Shown: positions 11,605 to 22,287, numbered from the stretch's first letter. The stretch: DNA of 64,000 nucleotides from Candidatus Bathyarchaeota archaeon (GCA_963806535.1 CAWDYC010000004.1:384001-448000), one strand, 5' to 3'. Program-made: numbers and translations. Notes: generated from the letters alone by a model not told the origin.

Positions 11605-11881
11605 CAAAATAGCATTCGACGCCTTTTTGACGGCGAACTTAAATTCAGAAGTGTTGTTCCCCCGAACCCCGACTGACCCCGCTTTCAATCTTTTTTGAGA
11701 AGACACAGAACTGTGGAGTTTTTGAGGTCTTCGTATGTGAAGCAACCTGAGATATTAATACGTTCCATAGTGTTGATAGATTCGGGCTTTGATTCCTTGA
11801 TGTAGACTTGAACTGCAATTTTGAGATAGATTTTGAATCTAAACAACGTAGGCCTGTTTTCCGCAACCGAATCATGGGGCA

Positions 11882-12502
11882 TTACTGGAGACCAATCATT
11901 GCGCCGTACTTTGAATAGACTTCCCTGACAAGCTCGCCTGCTTTGGGATTGTTCCAGTCGTGCATCCATTCCGAAACAAGCGACTCAAGAGTAATCGGTA
12001 TGACCCCTGCCTGCAGCATTCTCTTGACCCCGTACTTGTGCGCATCCACAGTAGAGTCTCCCGCAGCATCGATCAATCCGTAAACTTCGTAACCCTCTCT
12101 CAGAGCATGCAGAGCAGTATACGCAAAGCACATGCTGGTCCAAAGCCCCGAAAGCACCAGCTTTTTCCTTTCCGTTTTCTTGAAAGCGTTCCAAGTTCCT
12201 TCATCCTCAAAAGCGTCAAAGCTCGGCACATTTCGTGCAAATACCTCCTTATTCGGGAAAAGCGCAGCAATTTCTGGAATGAACTCCCCCAAAGATTTAG
12301 GATTAATTGCTGAAAGAACAACTGGAACCCCCAAAATGCGGGCAGCTTTCGCCGCACAAATGGCCGCACTCTTAATTATGATCTTATCACCAGAACTAAC
12401 ACTCTTAAACATTGAAGGCTGATAGTCCACCAAAACCAAAACGCTATTCTTACCAGTCAGAAGCTCAAGTTTTCCATCTTTTGAGCGATCCATTTTTGCC
12501 AT
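11882..12502 (-). CDS. Isochorismatase/YcaC-like cysteine hydrolase
   Basis: LVLVDYQ, SFDAF, GLWTSMC, DAAGD...H motifs. Confidence 0.9.
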   Translation of the reverse strand: MAKMDRSKDGKLELLTGKNSVLVLVDYQPSMFKSVSSGDKIIIKSAAICAAKAARILGVPVVLSAINPKSLGEFIPEIAALFPNKEVFARNVPSFDAFEDEGTWNAFKKTERKKLVLSGLWTSMCFAYTALHALREGYEVYGLIDAAGDSTVDAHKYGVKRMLQAGVIPITLESLVSEWMHDWNNPKAGELVREVYSKYGAMIGLQ

Positions 12503-12602
12503 TCTCCTCTAGTGCAATGGAAACCTGCGGTAAAAATACTTTGCTCGAAATAGTGCGCTCCATTAGACTTAGGTCCTCGGTAACAACGAATGGTAACATC
12601 AC

Positions 12603-12697
12603 TTTTTTTGTTCTCTGTATTTTTTAGTCGCTTTTTTGTTTTAGAGCTTGAATCGTTTGCAGGTTGCGGTTTTAAAAGGTTTGGAAAGGTCTAAGGT
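12603..12697 (+). repeat. Dispersed phased-decamer element, copy A
   Basis: T-rich arm, TTGCAGGTTGCG at 12657-12668, then GGT at 10-bp spacing. Confidence 0.75.
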
Positions 12698-13036
12698 TAC
12701 CGCTAAATCAAATATTATAAACAAAACCGCATCACAGAAAACGAGATCGCCTCCAAATAGCCAAGCTAATTCAGTATTAAATACACGATAGAGCCGACAG
12801 AGGTTTTGAAAGTTCGTGCGCTAGCAAGTATGCAGAAATTTAATAAGAGCACGTCTGCACTTAGCACTAACTAAATGGTTTATTTCCGCTAGCGATAGCT
12901 TAGCCTGTAAAGATGTGAGGACCAAAAACATGCAGAAAACATCAATCTTAGTAATCCAATTCCTAATTGCCTTATCATTTTACGCATTTGTAATTATGCA
13001 AGCGTCAGCGAAAGGTTTGATCGGTGAGGCGAAAGA

Positions 13037-13879
13037 ATGAAGCGAAGGGCAACCAAGACTTTTGGAATCGGCTGCATCCTTATGCTACTCTTTTTATTTT
13101 TTGCTTTCGGACCATTACCTCAGTCAGTTAGAGGTACAGTGACGACGACTATTCCCGTCGGAACCCAACCTGAAAGTGTTGCTATGACCCCTGATGGTGC
13201 TTTCGCTTATGTTACAAATTATGGCAACAATTCGGTCTCAATGATTAGCACAGCTACAAACACAGTGACGTCGACGGTAACTGATTTTAGCAAGCCTTTC
13301 GGAATAGCCATATCGCCTAATGGCGCTTATGCCTATATTACAAATTTTGGCAGCAATTTGATCTCAGTGATGAACTTGCCGCCGAGTGTAAGCATAGCTC
13401 CTGTTGGTCAGCTTACATTGGATGTTGATCAGATTCAAGTGTTCACTGCAACAGCCAGCGGCGGTTCTGGTTCTCTAACATATCAATGGTATTTGGATAA
13501 TACTGCGGTTGGAGGAAACAGCACAAATTTCTCTTACACTGCATCGGGAACTACGCATTCGGTTACTTGCGCCGTAACTGATAGCGCCTCTAGCCCAATT
13601 ACTTCTACATCTAACGCGGTTTCTGTTAACGTAAACCCAGTCTCGACTCCAACTCAGACAACTCCATCAACCCATCCAACATCTAACCCTACCCAAAACC
13701 CTACATCACAACCTGTTCAAACCGTATCGCCTACACAGCAAACCTCTAACCCAACATTATCTCCGTTGCCATCCTCCATTCCAGAATATCCTTATGCGAT
13801 AATATTTGCAATTTTAGTTCTTGCAAGTATTTCTATGACCTTAGCTCTAAGGAGAAGATTTGAAGTAAAACCCGCTTGA
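13037..13879 (+). CDS. Secreted YVTN-repeat/Ig-like protein with PEF-CTERM-like anchor
   Basis: Signal peptide, two YVTN/YITN repeats, Ig-like YQWY domain, P/T linker, IPEY-TM-RRR tail. Confidence 0.8.
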   Translation: MKRRATKTFGIGCILMLLFLFFAFGPLPQSVRGTVTTTIPVGTQPESVAMTPDGAFAYVTNYGNNSVSMISTATNTVTSTVTDFSKPFGIAISPNGAYAYITNFGSNLISVMNLPPSVSIAPVGQLTLDVDQIQVFTATASGGSGSLTYQWYLDNTAVGGNSTNFSYTASGTTHSVTCAVTDSASSPITSTSNAVSVNVNPVSTPTQTTPSTHPTSNPTQNPTSQPVQTVSPTQQTSNPTLSPLPSSIPEYPYAIIFAILVLASISMTLALRRRFEVKPA

Positions 13880-13907
13880 ATCTCGATCTCGGTCATTATT
13901 TTAGAAA

Positions 13908-14372
13908 TTAAGGCAATAGTTGCTTTGCTATTTTTCTGCCGAAGTCTTGACATTTTGGCAGTTCTCCATCCGCTACAGGACCAGTTACTCCTTTCACTCT
14001 TACAGATAGACTTGGCGAGAGAAGTGTTAGGTTGGGCAACGTTTTTTGGACAATTTTTTCCAGTTTTTTTACAGCTCTATCAGCAATTCTAACTCTTCCA
14101 GAATAAGTGCCGAAAACAGCTACACTTTTGGCATTAAGGTTTAGGTCAGCTAACTTGTCAACAAACTTTTTCATAGTTCTAGATGGACTGGCCATGTGAT
14201 TTGGCGCACCTAGTATTAAGGCATCGTAGCTGGCTATTATTTGAGGGTCAACTTCTTTAGCATAGCAGATAGCAGCGTCAATTTCTTCAATCTGTTTTAT
14301 GCCCTTCAAAATATTTTCTGCAACGATCTTGGTGTTTCCATATTTTGAGTCATAGATAATTAAAACTTTCAT
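13908..14372 (-). CDS. Flavodoxin-like protein
   Basis: IIYDSKYGNTKIVA, GAPNH, AVFGTY. Confidence 0.9.
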   Translation of the reverse strand: MKVLIIYDSKYGNTKIVAENILKGIKQIEEIDAAICYAKEVDPQIIASYDALILGAPNHMASPSRTMKKFVDKLADLNLNAKSVAVFGTYSGRVRIADRAVKKLEKIVQKTLPNLTLLSPSLSVRVKGVTGPVADGELPKCQDFGRKIAKQLLP

Positions 14373-14574
14373 GATTAACCCTCAATCCAAGCCTTCTTCC
14401 GTCTCATTCTTTTATGTTCAGAGTTGGACGATTGAGCTTTCATATTATCCTGTATCAACAAAAGAGGTCCCTATTCAAATAAGCATTTACCCTAACATAT
14501 CAGGGATTTTCTTAAAATCAGTAGCTTCATCAACAATCTTATTTGTTGGCATACCATCTCAACAGCGACAAGTA

Positions 14575-15189
14575 TTATCTAGTTTTGCTATACTTGCCGC
14601 TATCGACAAATCCTACTTTTCCGATATGGATAGCGTATGCGAATAAGAGTCCGGTTTTACTTAAGACGTTAAATGCTTCTGCAGAATAAGAAAATGTAGG
14701 CCCGCCTGAGTAATTGACTTCAAATCCTGTTCCAAACCAAATAGCAAAAGAAATAGCAAAAATTACGTAAAGAATGATGGAAATTCTCGGTGGCCGTTTA
14801 CGATACACCGCGCTAACTCCAAGGAGAACCCAACCAAATAATGCTGCAAACTGCATGATTCTCAAATCCCATCCATTGAGCGCTGCAGCAGAATAATAAT
14901 ACATTATTTCGAATAACGCCATGGGAACAATGACAGCTAACAGAGCATAATACACTGATTTCAAAGTGTTTCTTCGCTGCAGGAACAAAACAAGGGCAAA
15001 GCAAGCAATTGCAGTTGTCAGCGTCGAAATCCTGATTTCAATAAGGGGAAAAATGAACCAGAGACTTTCAATTTTTGCAACCCTTGTTGCGAGCATTAAA
15101 GCAAAGACAATCAATACCGCAATTAAAATCAGAATTGGTTTCTGTATTTCCCTTTGTTTTAATTCTGCTTGTAGATGGAAAGAAAACAC
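14575..15189 (-). CDS. Hypothetical membrane protein (~6 TM)
   Basis: Multiple hydrophobic helices; start uncertain. Confidence 0.6.
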   Translation of the reverse strand: MFSFHLQAELKQREIQKPILILIAVLIVFALMLATRVAKIESLWFIFPLIEIRISTLTTAIACFALVLFLQRRNTLKSVYYALLAVIVPMALFEIMYYYSAAALNGWDLRIMQFAALFGWVLLGVSAVYRKRPPRISIILYVIFAISFAIWFGTGFEVNYSGGPTFSYSAEAFNVLSKTGLLFAYAIHIGKVGFVDSGKYSKTR

Positions 15190-15465
15190 CTTAAAATTAA
15201 TTTATAATTAACTTAAAAGAATGTCTGGTTTAAAACTATTAACATTTGCGTGAAGTCTCCTAGCTCCCTGAAATTTTCCCTCAAATTCTTCTGCTGCCTG
15301 ATGAAACTCCTCCCCTCTTTTCACGTCTCTCCAAATCAGTTATTACCGGTTATTGTGCGGGTTTTGTACGGTTTTTTTGAAACGCAATGAGACAAGCCTA
15401 GACGAATGCGCAATAGAAGTAACCTTTGAACCCACATAAATTAGCCGAAGAAATGTTGATCATAA

Positions 15466-16794
15466 CTATGGGTTTGTTGGTTTTCTAAGAGCTAATGATA
15501 CTGCAGCCAACACGATTGCTAATAATGCAGCTATTTGGAAAGCAGGGACAAAACTTCCTGTTGTTGTCGCTATACTTCCCGCTATTAAAGGCCCCAGTAT
15601 AAAGCCTACCCCGCTTATGGCATTTACTAATCCTGACGCGGTTCCAGTAACTTTTGAAGGAAAATAATCGGGGATCATAGCAAATGTCACCGCAGAGGTT
15701 CCTATCGCAAAGCCCATTGCACCAACAATGACGTAAATGACTGCAATTTCTTTTCCTAAGCCTGTGAACACTAACAAACTCACCGCATACAAGATACTAG
15801 TCGTCGTTAAGACATATTTTCTTGGTACATAATCTGACATAAAACCCCATACATAACTCCCAAACATCATTGCTACCGCAAAAATGCTGAATGCACCGCC
15901 GGCTGCCAAAGGCGTCAATTTAACTTCCGTTATTAGGTAAGCTACAATAAAAAATGAGACTGTTTTGAATATAAAAACATTCAAAATATAAACGGTACCT
16001 AAGTGCCAAGTTATACCCATCTTAATTACATCTCTGCTACTTGCTTGTTCTTTTGGAGCTTTTTGCGACCTTGCTTTTGTTGTGTCCGCGGAATCTTTCA
16101 CTGGTTCTCCGCAGGGCAATAGGCCCTTTTCTTTGGGGCTATTTCTTACAAGGGCGTATACCGTTACAGTCAGGAAGAGACTTAATACGCCCAATATGTA
16201 CCAAACATTTCTCCAACCAAAAGCGATCATGATTAGTGGAACCGCTATTCCCAGCATCGCGTTCCAAAGAGTACGGGGACTATTGATGTAACTTTGTGCT
16301 ATGCCTCTTCTGCGACTACTAAACCACGCCCCCGCAAGTATTACACCTAGAGTTGTAGGTGCTCCAGCAGCGAATCCGATTATGGAATAAAAAACCATGC
16401 CAATAATAATTGAATTCATGGTTCCCATTCCTAAAGTGCCGATTGCTAGCATTAGGCATGCCAGAGTTAACGTTTTTCGCAATCCTATTTTGTCAGCCAA
16501 TATTCCCCATGAGAAAGCGCCAATGATGAAAAGAAACCCGTAGGTGGCTGAAATTGCTCCTGCTTGAGCATTCGATATTCCCACCTCTCTCTCAATATTT
16601 ACCAAGACCAGAGGCAAAGTTGACGTAGCTGTTGCCAAAACGAAGAGTGAATTTAGTCCACCAGTCGCGCAAATCCAGCCGTAATGGACTCTTGAACCGT
16701 TTTTATCTGATTGTTTTTGCGTAATCATATTAATTTGCAATCTGCCGTATTTCTTTTCTATCATATTTATTATTTTGCAAACAAAGTCGTGCAC
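15466..16794 (-). CDS. MFS transporter
   Basis: 12 TM; GILADKIGLRK and GFMSDYVPRK motif A; start probably ~16728. Confidence 0.92.
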   Translation of the reverse strand: MHDFVCKIINMIEKKYGRLQINMITQKQSDKNGSRVHYGWICATGGLNSLFVLATATSTLPLVLVNIEREVGISNAQAGAISATYGFLFIIGAFSWGILADKIGLRKTLTLACLMLAIGTLGMGTMNSIIIGMVFYSIIGFAAGAPTTLGVILAGAWFSSRRRGIAQSYINSPRTLWNAMLGIAVPLIMIAFGWRNVWYILGVLSLFLTVTVYALVRNSPKEKGLLPCGEPVKDSADTTKARSQKAPKEQASSRDVIKMGITWHLGTVYILNVFIFKTVSFFIVAYLITEVKLTPLAAGGAFSIFAVAMMFGSYVWGFMSDYVPRKYVLTTTSILYAVSLLVFTGLGKEIAVIYVIVGAMGFAIGTSAVTFAMIPDYFPSKVTGTASGLVNAISGVGFILGPLIAGSIATTTGSFVPAFQIAALLAIVLAAVSLALRKPTNP

Positions 16795-16921
16795 ACATTT
16801 CTTTTTGAAAAAGTTTCTTCAGGAATAATCATGAACTCCTATTTTCTTTCTGAAGTGTTATCTTGAAATCGTTCTCTTGCTAAGAGCTAAAGTCTAATTG
16901 ACATTTTATATTAAAGCTGAT

Positions 16922-17792
16922 TTATATGGTTGCTTCAGTTGCTTCGCTCCAAAGTCGTTCAAAATAGTCTTGAAGTACAGCAACTAGACATGGGCTGTCG
17001 GAAAATAGTTTTGGATTCTCATACTTTTTGAGAGTTTATCCATTTGCGCGTTAGCAACTTCTAAACCCAGTCGGAAAATAGTTTTGGATTCTCATACTTT
17101 TTGAGGGCGGCATTTGTGACACTTACGAATACTTGCTTTTTATCCTCAATTCTAATAGTGGCTAATGGTTTTGTGGGAGTGAATCTTATTTCGACACAAG
17201 TGTTTTTCTTCAAAGCAAAAACTTTTGGTAAACGCTGTCCGTCTTTTGGCTGGCTGATGAGATATCGGAGCCTCACATTTTTCTCAATCAATTTCTCTAT
17301 TAATTCAGTATCGTTCATAACTCGATATTTAAATTCATCGAATGAATTGATAATATCAATGGTCTTTTGAGTGGCAGTCACTGCATCTTCCAATCTTCGG
17401 TTGTATGCGTCTTTTGTGGAAATTATTATGAATTCAGGTTCTTTGGTTGCAGGGTTTTCTTTTTGGTTAACTTTGAGTCTTTCAAGCAATTCGTTGGTTT
17501 TTTTCCTGAGATCATTGTATTGATGTGCCTTTTCTTTTAGTAAGACTTCTAATCCGTCTTTTAGTGGAATAGCCCTAAACTTGGTAGGTGCACCTACTAT
17601 TTTTTCTACTAAACTCTTTTCTTCCAACTCGGTCAGTATTCGGTAGATGTCCTGACGAGCAACTGCAGAGTCTTTCCAAATTATTGAGGCTTTGGCCGTT
17701 CCCATGCGTGATATTGCCAGGTATACTCTTGCCTGAGTGCTGGTAAGTCCAATGGCTACTAAGTTTTCAACGTCTAGTTTATTGGTGGCCAT
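16922..17792 (-). pseudogene. TrmB-family regulator interrupted by a 73-bp insertion
   Basis: GLTSTQARVY...ARQDIYRILTELEEKSLVEK HTH; removing one 36-bp repeat plus the 37-bp spacer restores a 798-nt frame ending SPCLVAVLQDYFERLW, matching the paralog at 54951. Confidence 0.88.
16997..17105. repeat. Exact 36-bp direct repeat flanking a 37-bp unique insert
   Basis: GTCGGAAAATAGTTTTGGATTCTCATACTTTTTGAG at 16997-17032 and 17070-17105. Confidence 0.97.
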
Positions 17793-17854
17793 TTTATTGA
17801 CCCGGAAATCTGAGTCTTCTTTTTGATTCTTTATATTATATATATTTTGGGGGT

Positions 17855-17875
17855 TTGTCAGCGGAGCCACTTACG
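17855..17875. promoter_or_regulatory. Candidate TrmB operator TTGTC-N9-ACTTACG
   Basis: Same motif and spacing at 55799-55819 in the other trmB/propeller intergenic region. Confidence 0.55.
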
Positions 17876-17935
17876 CTAAGACCTTAAAAGTTTTGACCGA
17901 AGATTGGGCTTCACAGAAAAAAGGAAAGAACAAAC

Positions 17936-20626
17936 ATGATAAACAAAATAAATACAAAATACAAAATTTTAGCCATTGTTATCATTGCATTCTTTGTTTG
18001 CAGCGCTTGCGCAATCTCACCTATCAAAGCAACTGAATTCAAGAATGTTCCTACATACTCATATTTGCTTGCGGTTCCAAACTCTGTAGCTTTAGGTCAA
18101 TCGATGTTCCTCACTGCTTGGGTTGACAAAGTTCCACCGAATGCTGCAGTAACAAGTGGTGATCGATGGGTAAACATGACAATATACGTTACATACCCTG
18201 ACGGAAGTGTTCATACAATTGGGCCTCTTGTTTCTGATAGCGCTGGAGGTGCCTCTACAACGTTTACTCCTGCTGTGCAGGGAAATTACTCTGCGTACTT
18301 TGTTTTCCCCGGCGAGACACTCACAGGTAACCAAGGGCATCCAGATTGGCCTGTAAACCCGGCCGACACAGCAATCGGAGATTACTACGGGTCGTCCACA
18401 AGTCCAACAATCTACTTCAGCGTGGGAACAACCCCGGCATCCACGATCCCCGAAAACCCTCTTCCAACAAGTTATTGGGCGAATCCAGTAGAAGCATTTA
18501 ATCACGATTGGTACACAATTGACGGAAACTGGCTAGGCTTGGCAGACGTAAATTTCGCAAATTCCGGATGTTACTCTGTGACAGGCAACTTTAATCCATA
18601 CTCACAAGCGCCAACAACTGCACACATTGCATGGACTCGTCCAGAAATGCCCGGCGCTGCCGGTGGTCAAATGGGTGGAGAATTTGGTCCAAGCGAATCA
18701 GGCAACTACTTCGCAGGATACGAATACCAACCAAAGTTTGCGCCAATTATTTTGAACGGAGTGCTTTACTACCAATATATGCCAGGCGGAGTGCGCAATA
18801 CAATTGGAAGTGCAGGACAAGGCTGGGTTGCGGTAGATCTACATACGGGAGAAACATTGTGGACTAAGAATTACCTCAACTATTTTGGGGATGGCCAAAA
18901 TGACCTTCTTCGGTGTGGTGAAATATTGGATTATAACCATAACGTGAACTACTACGGAGGAAATACTTATCTATGGGCAACAAGAACGAACGCTAGCGCT
19001 AACTATTACGATTTGTTTGATGCAGCAACAGGAAACTACATGACGAGCGTTTCTGGGGCACCTGCCAAGGGGAATGGTCTTACTGTTGTTGAAGGTACAT
19101 ACGGTGAATTGCTGTGTTATTACATCAACGTAACCACGATCAGCGGAACTCAGTATCAGTCACTAACACTTTGGAACTCAACCAAATGCCTGAATCCTAG
19201 CGCGATGGTTCCGGATCCGATGCAAAACCAAGTGGTTCCGTGGTCTCAAGGAATAATGTGGTCAGTGCCGTTAAACAATAGTTTTAACGGAGTACCTTTT
19301 GGAAATGACATGTCAAATGGTGTTGCAACACCTGCAGGCTTTGGACTTGGAACGGAAGGACCATATACCTACACATTTGATCTTGAAAACAACATCGTGG
19401 TAATGTCAGCTGCACAAGGAGAATATACAAGGTGGGAGTGGCAAACCGGATGGACGATTGACGCTGCCTATAGCTTAACTGATGGGCATCAATTATGGAT
19501 AACAAATCGTACACAAACGCCATTCACGATATTGATGTGGTGTTCTGGTGCAACTGATGGAGTCTATGCGGTGTTTAACAAAGAGACGCTTAATTGGTGT
19601 GGTTACAGTACGCTGACAGGGAAACAGGTATGGGGACCGACTACGCCCTACAACAATACACTTGCGTATTATGATGATGAGAGTGCTTTTTGTGCATATG
19701 GCAACCTATATGGATGGACGTTTGGTGGAGAAATCTACTGCTATAACATGACGACGGGGGCTCTCCAGTGGAGCTGGAACGATGGAAACGCAGGGTTAAA
19801 TACGCCTTATGGTGTCAACACTCTCTGGATGCAAGGCACATATGATGCCACTATCGCTGACCATATTCTATATGTGCAATCAGGTCACAACTACGGTCCG
19901 CCAATGTATAGTGGCGCTCAACTTTATGCTATAAATACAACAGACGGTAGCCTTGTTTGGAGCATGTTGAACTATGCTACTGGCGGTAGCATGCCAATCT
20001 CGGATGGTTATTTGACAACCATCAATGCTTACGACAACCAAATATATGCTTATGCGCAGGGACCAACTAAAACAACAGTTAGCGCGCCTCAAACCGGAGT
20101 GACAACATCTACACCAGTAACTATAGCAGGTACAATTACTGACATCTCTCCAGGAGCATCTCAAACAGCAGTTGCAGCGAACTTCCCCAATGGCTTACCA
20201 TGCGTATCTGATGCTAGCATGTCTCATTTCATGGAAGCAGTTTACGAGCAAAGTCCAATGCCGACTAACGTCACTGGAGTTCCTATCACCATAAGCGTTG
20301 TTGACTCAAACAATAACTTTAGGCAAATCGGCACAACTACTAGCACTCCAAGCGGAACATTTGACTATACTTGGACACCCGACATCTCAGGTCACTTCAC
20401 AATCTACGCAAGCTTTGCAGGTTCGAATGCTTACTATGGATCATCGGCTCAAACAGCGTTTTACGCAAGTGAAGCAGCAGCACCTTCGGCAACCCAGCAG
20501 GTTCAAAGTGGTTTAGCGACAACCAACGATCTAATGACGTACATGGCTATCGGTGTAATAGCAATAATCATTGCCATAGCTCTAATCGGTGCTCTATTGC
20601 TGATAAACCTCAGAAAACGACCATAA
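17936..20626 (+). CDS. PQQ-like beta-propeller surface protein, C-terminal TM anchor
   Basis: Signal peptide; repeats AVDLHTGETLW, TGKQVWG, AINTTDGSLVW; GLPCVSDASM motif; Ig-like domain; TM+RKRP. Confidence 0.88.
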   Translation: MINKINTKYKILAIVIIAFFVCSACAISPIKATEFKNVPTYSYLLAVPNSVALGQSMFLTAWVDKVPPNAAVTSGDRWVNMTIYVTYPDGSVHTIGPLVSDSAGGASTTFTPAVQGNYSAYFVFPGETLTGNQGHPDWPVNPADTAIGDYYGSSTSPTIYFSVGTTPASTIPENPLPTSYWANPVEAFNHDWYTIDGNWLGLADVNFANSGCYSVTGNFNPYSQAPTTAHIAWTRPEMPGAAGGQMGGEFGPSESGNYFAGYEYQPKFAPIILNGVLYYQYMPGGVRNTIGSAGQGWVAVDLHTGETLWTKNYLNYFGDGQNDLLRCGEILDYNHNVNYYGGNTYLWATRTNASANYYDLFDAATGNYMTSVSGAPAKGNGLTVVEGTYGELLCYYINVTTISGTQYQSLTLWNSTKCLNPSAMVPDPMQNQVVPWSQGIMWSVPLNNSFNGVPFGNDMSNGVATPAGFGLGTEGPYTYTFDLENNIVVMSAAQGEYTRWEWQTGWTIDAAYSLTDGHQLWITNRTQTPFTILMWCSGATDGVYAVFNKETLNWCGYSTLTGKQVWGPTTPYNNTLAYYDDESAFCAYGNLYGWTFGGEIYCYNMTTGALQWSWNDGNAGLNTPYGVNTLWMQGTYDATIADHILYVQSGHNYGPPMYSGAQLYAINTTDGSLVWSMLNYATGGSMPISDGYLTTINAYDNQIYAYAQGPTKTTVSAPQTGVTTSTPVTIAGTITDISPGASQTAVAANFPNGLPCVSDASMSHFMEAVYEQSPMPTNVTGVPITISVVDSNNNFRQIGTTTSTPSGTFDYTWTPDISGHFTIYASFAGSNAYYGSSAQTAFYASEAAAPSATQQVQSGLATTNDLMTYMAIGVIAIIIAIALIGALLLINLRKRP

Positions 20627-20645
20627 ACTAAAACCCAAAACAAAC

Positions 20646-20662
20646 TTTCCCCTTCCTTTTTT
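20646..20662 (+). terminator. Pyrimidine/oligo-T terminator-like tract
   Basis: TTTCCCCTTCCTTTTTT ~20 nt after the stop; similar tract after all four propeller genes. Confidence 0.6.
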
Positions 20663-20690
20663 ATGGAATAACTTGTACTGGCAAAAAAAT

Positions 20691-20800
20691 GGGCTGAGAA
20701 GGCTTTGGATAACAATTACATAGTCGCGGTTAAGAATGGTTTAGTTTGAGTTTTCATTTTCCATTCTTTTCTCCTTCAATTTCCAAAGCCTCAGCAAACC
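20691..20800 (+). ncRNA. Conserved structured element downstream of propeller gene (copy 1)
   Basis: GCTGA[GAA]GGCTTTGGA pairs with TCCAAAGCC-TCAGC[AAA]CC; inner AAGAATGG/CCATTCTT stem; RNA status unproven. Confidence 0.5.
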
Positions 20801-21009
20801 TAAATTGACAAAGAAAAATGAATGACATTTTGTCGAAGACAAGTTTTATTTTCTAAATGCTACACGTAGCAATCATTGTCTTTTTTTGTGTTGTCTTAGG
20901 TATATGCAGTTGCCTTAGCCGAAAAAGTATTGCGGTTTTAATGTTATGCCACGTTTTGAAAATTCATCTGCTAATTATGAACCAGCCAAAAGAATATTGT
21001 GAAAAATTT

Positions 21010-21450
21010 TTAGTGGAATTTCCGCGATTTACTTTCGGAACAGTGAGGATTAAAGCAGTTAAGACATCCTTTAGGGAAGGTTTGGCAGAGTTGTTTTTTC
21101 TTGAACCCCCATTTCTTTCTTAGTTCGTCGGCTTCTGCTTCTTGATCGTCTAATTTGTTTTTTGTTTTAGTATAGTTAAGGTAGGCATGGGCTATTTCGT
21201 GAGCTATTAGAGATTCTGAGTCGGTTCTTTTTAGAATTATCATGTAGGGCTTGTTTATTTCTTCTACTTGTATGGTTTGACTTTGGCCTGCATGGAAAGA
21301 GATGTTTTGTAATGTGAATTGATAAACTTCTTCAGGCAGCCTCGCCAAAGTATTTAGTAATCTTTTGTGGAGCGTGTTCCATCTTTGAGCAAGATGAATA
21401 AATTCGTCAATATCACTTTTGAAATCTACTTCTGATTTGTCTCTTCTCAT
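21010..21450 (-). CDS. Small HExxH zinc-metallopeptidase-like protein
   Basis: IAHEIAHAY...EAEADE; Cys-rich C-terminus. Confidence 0.65.
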   Translation of the reverse strand: MRRDKSEVDFKSDIDEFIHLAQRWNTLHKRLLNTLARLPEEVYQFTLQNISFHAGQSQTIQVEEINKPYMIILKRTDSESLIAHEIAHAYLNYTKTKNKLDDQEAEADELRKKWGFKKKQLCQTFPKGCLNCFNPHCSESKSRKFH

Positions 21451-21644
21451 CTTTTTTTCTCCTCGGTATTGTTCTGCGTTAAATGTAACTTGCTTAGACG
21501 TTCTAAAGTAGCTGCCATCCCTATATACTCCACAAGTCTATAGTATAGATTTGTCGGGATTTTTCACAAGAAGAATACAAACCTATTCCAAGCTACTTTG
21601 CTTTCTCAAGACAGTTCAGGCAAAAAATATGGAAGAAAATAACT

Positions 21645-22287
21645 TTGAGACATAAAAAACCAATCATAATCGAGCATCTCGCCTATCTTTCGGTGAAGCA
21701 CCACGTTTACCTTTCAGAGCTCTACCGAGGCTTTAGTTTCGGCAAGAGAAAGTGGAAAATCTACCTGTGAGACCTTAACAATCAAGTACCGCGGCATCAA
21801 AAACGATCAAGCTATCTTTCTAATCACAAAAGGCAGTATCGTCGTAGCGCAGTTCCGAGTTGCGGAAGAATTTCTGTTTAGAAAGAACATAAGTTTTGAG
21901 AGCTGGCTGGATACTGACAAAATACGCAGACAAATAACTAAACAAAACCTCAGACTTGATTCAACGTTAATTCAAAACTTGCGATACGGAATGAAGAAGG
22001 TTGATCTAAGGGCAGAAGTTTTGGAGATCGAAAAACCCCAACTAATCCACACGCAGTATGGAAACAGCGTCATGCTAACCAACGTCTGGATAGGTGATGA
22101 AACTGGAAAAGCCAAGCTTTGCCTCTGGGGTGAACAGGCAGACTTACCCGTCGTAGGTGACATAGTGCAAATCAAGCATGCGTCAGTACGAACTTTCAAG
22201 GGAGAAAAACTACTAAGTTTGGGAAAATTCGGATCACTTAGCATTCTACGCTCGTTAATTGTTGATAATGGTAACGTGACCGCATAA
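21645..22287 (+). CDS. OB-fold ssDNA-binding (SSB/RPA-like) protein with N-terminal extension, frameshifted
   Basis: IGDETGKAKLCLWGEQA...VRTFKGEKLLSLGKFG; reading continues upstream to TTG 21645 across one indel near 21730. Confidence 0.75.

Noticed and set aside
16997-17105. Bona fide CRISPR array
   Set aside because: Only two repeats, the repeat is TrmB coding sequence, and there is no leader or cas gene; reported as a possible ectopic insertion instead.
17936-20626. Call as a true PQQ-dependent dehydrogenase
   Set aside because: Only the propeller repeat signature is visible; no catalytic quinoprotein motifs recognised and no pqq genes in the window.
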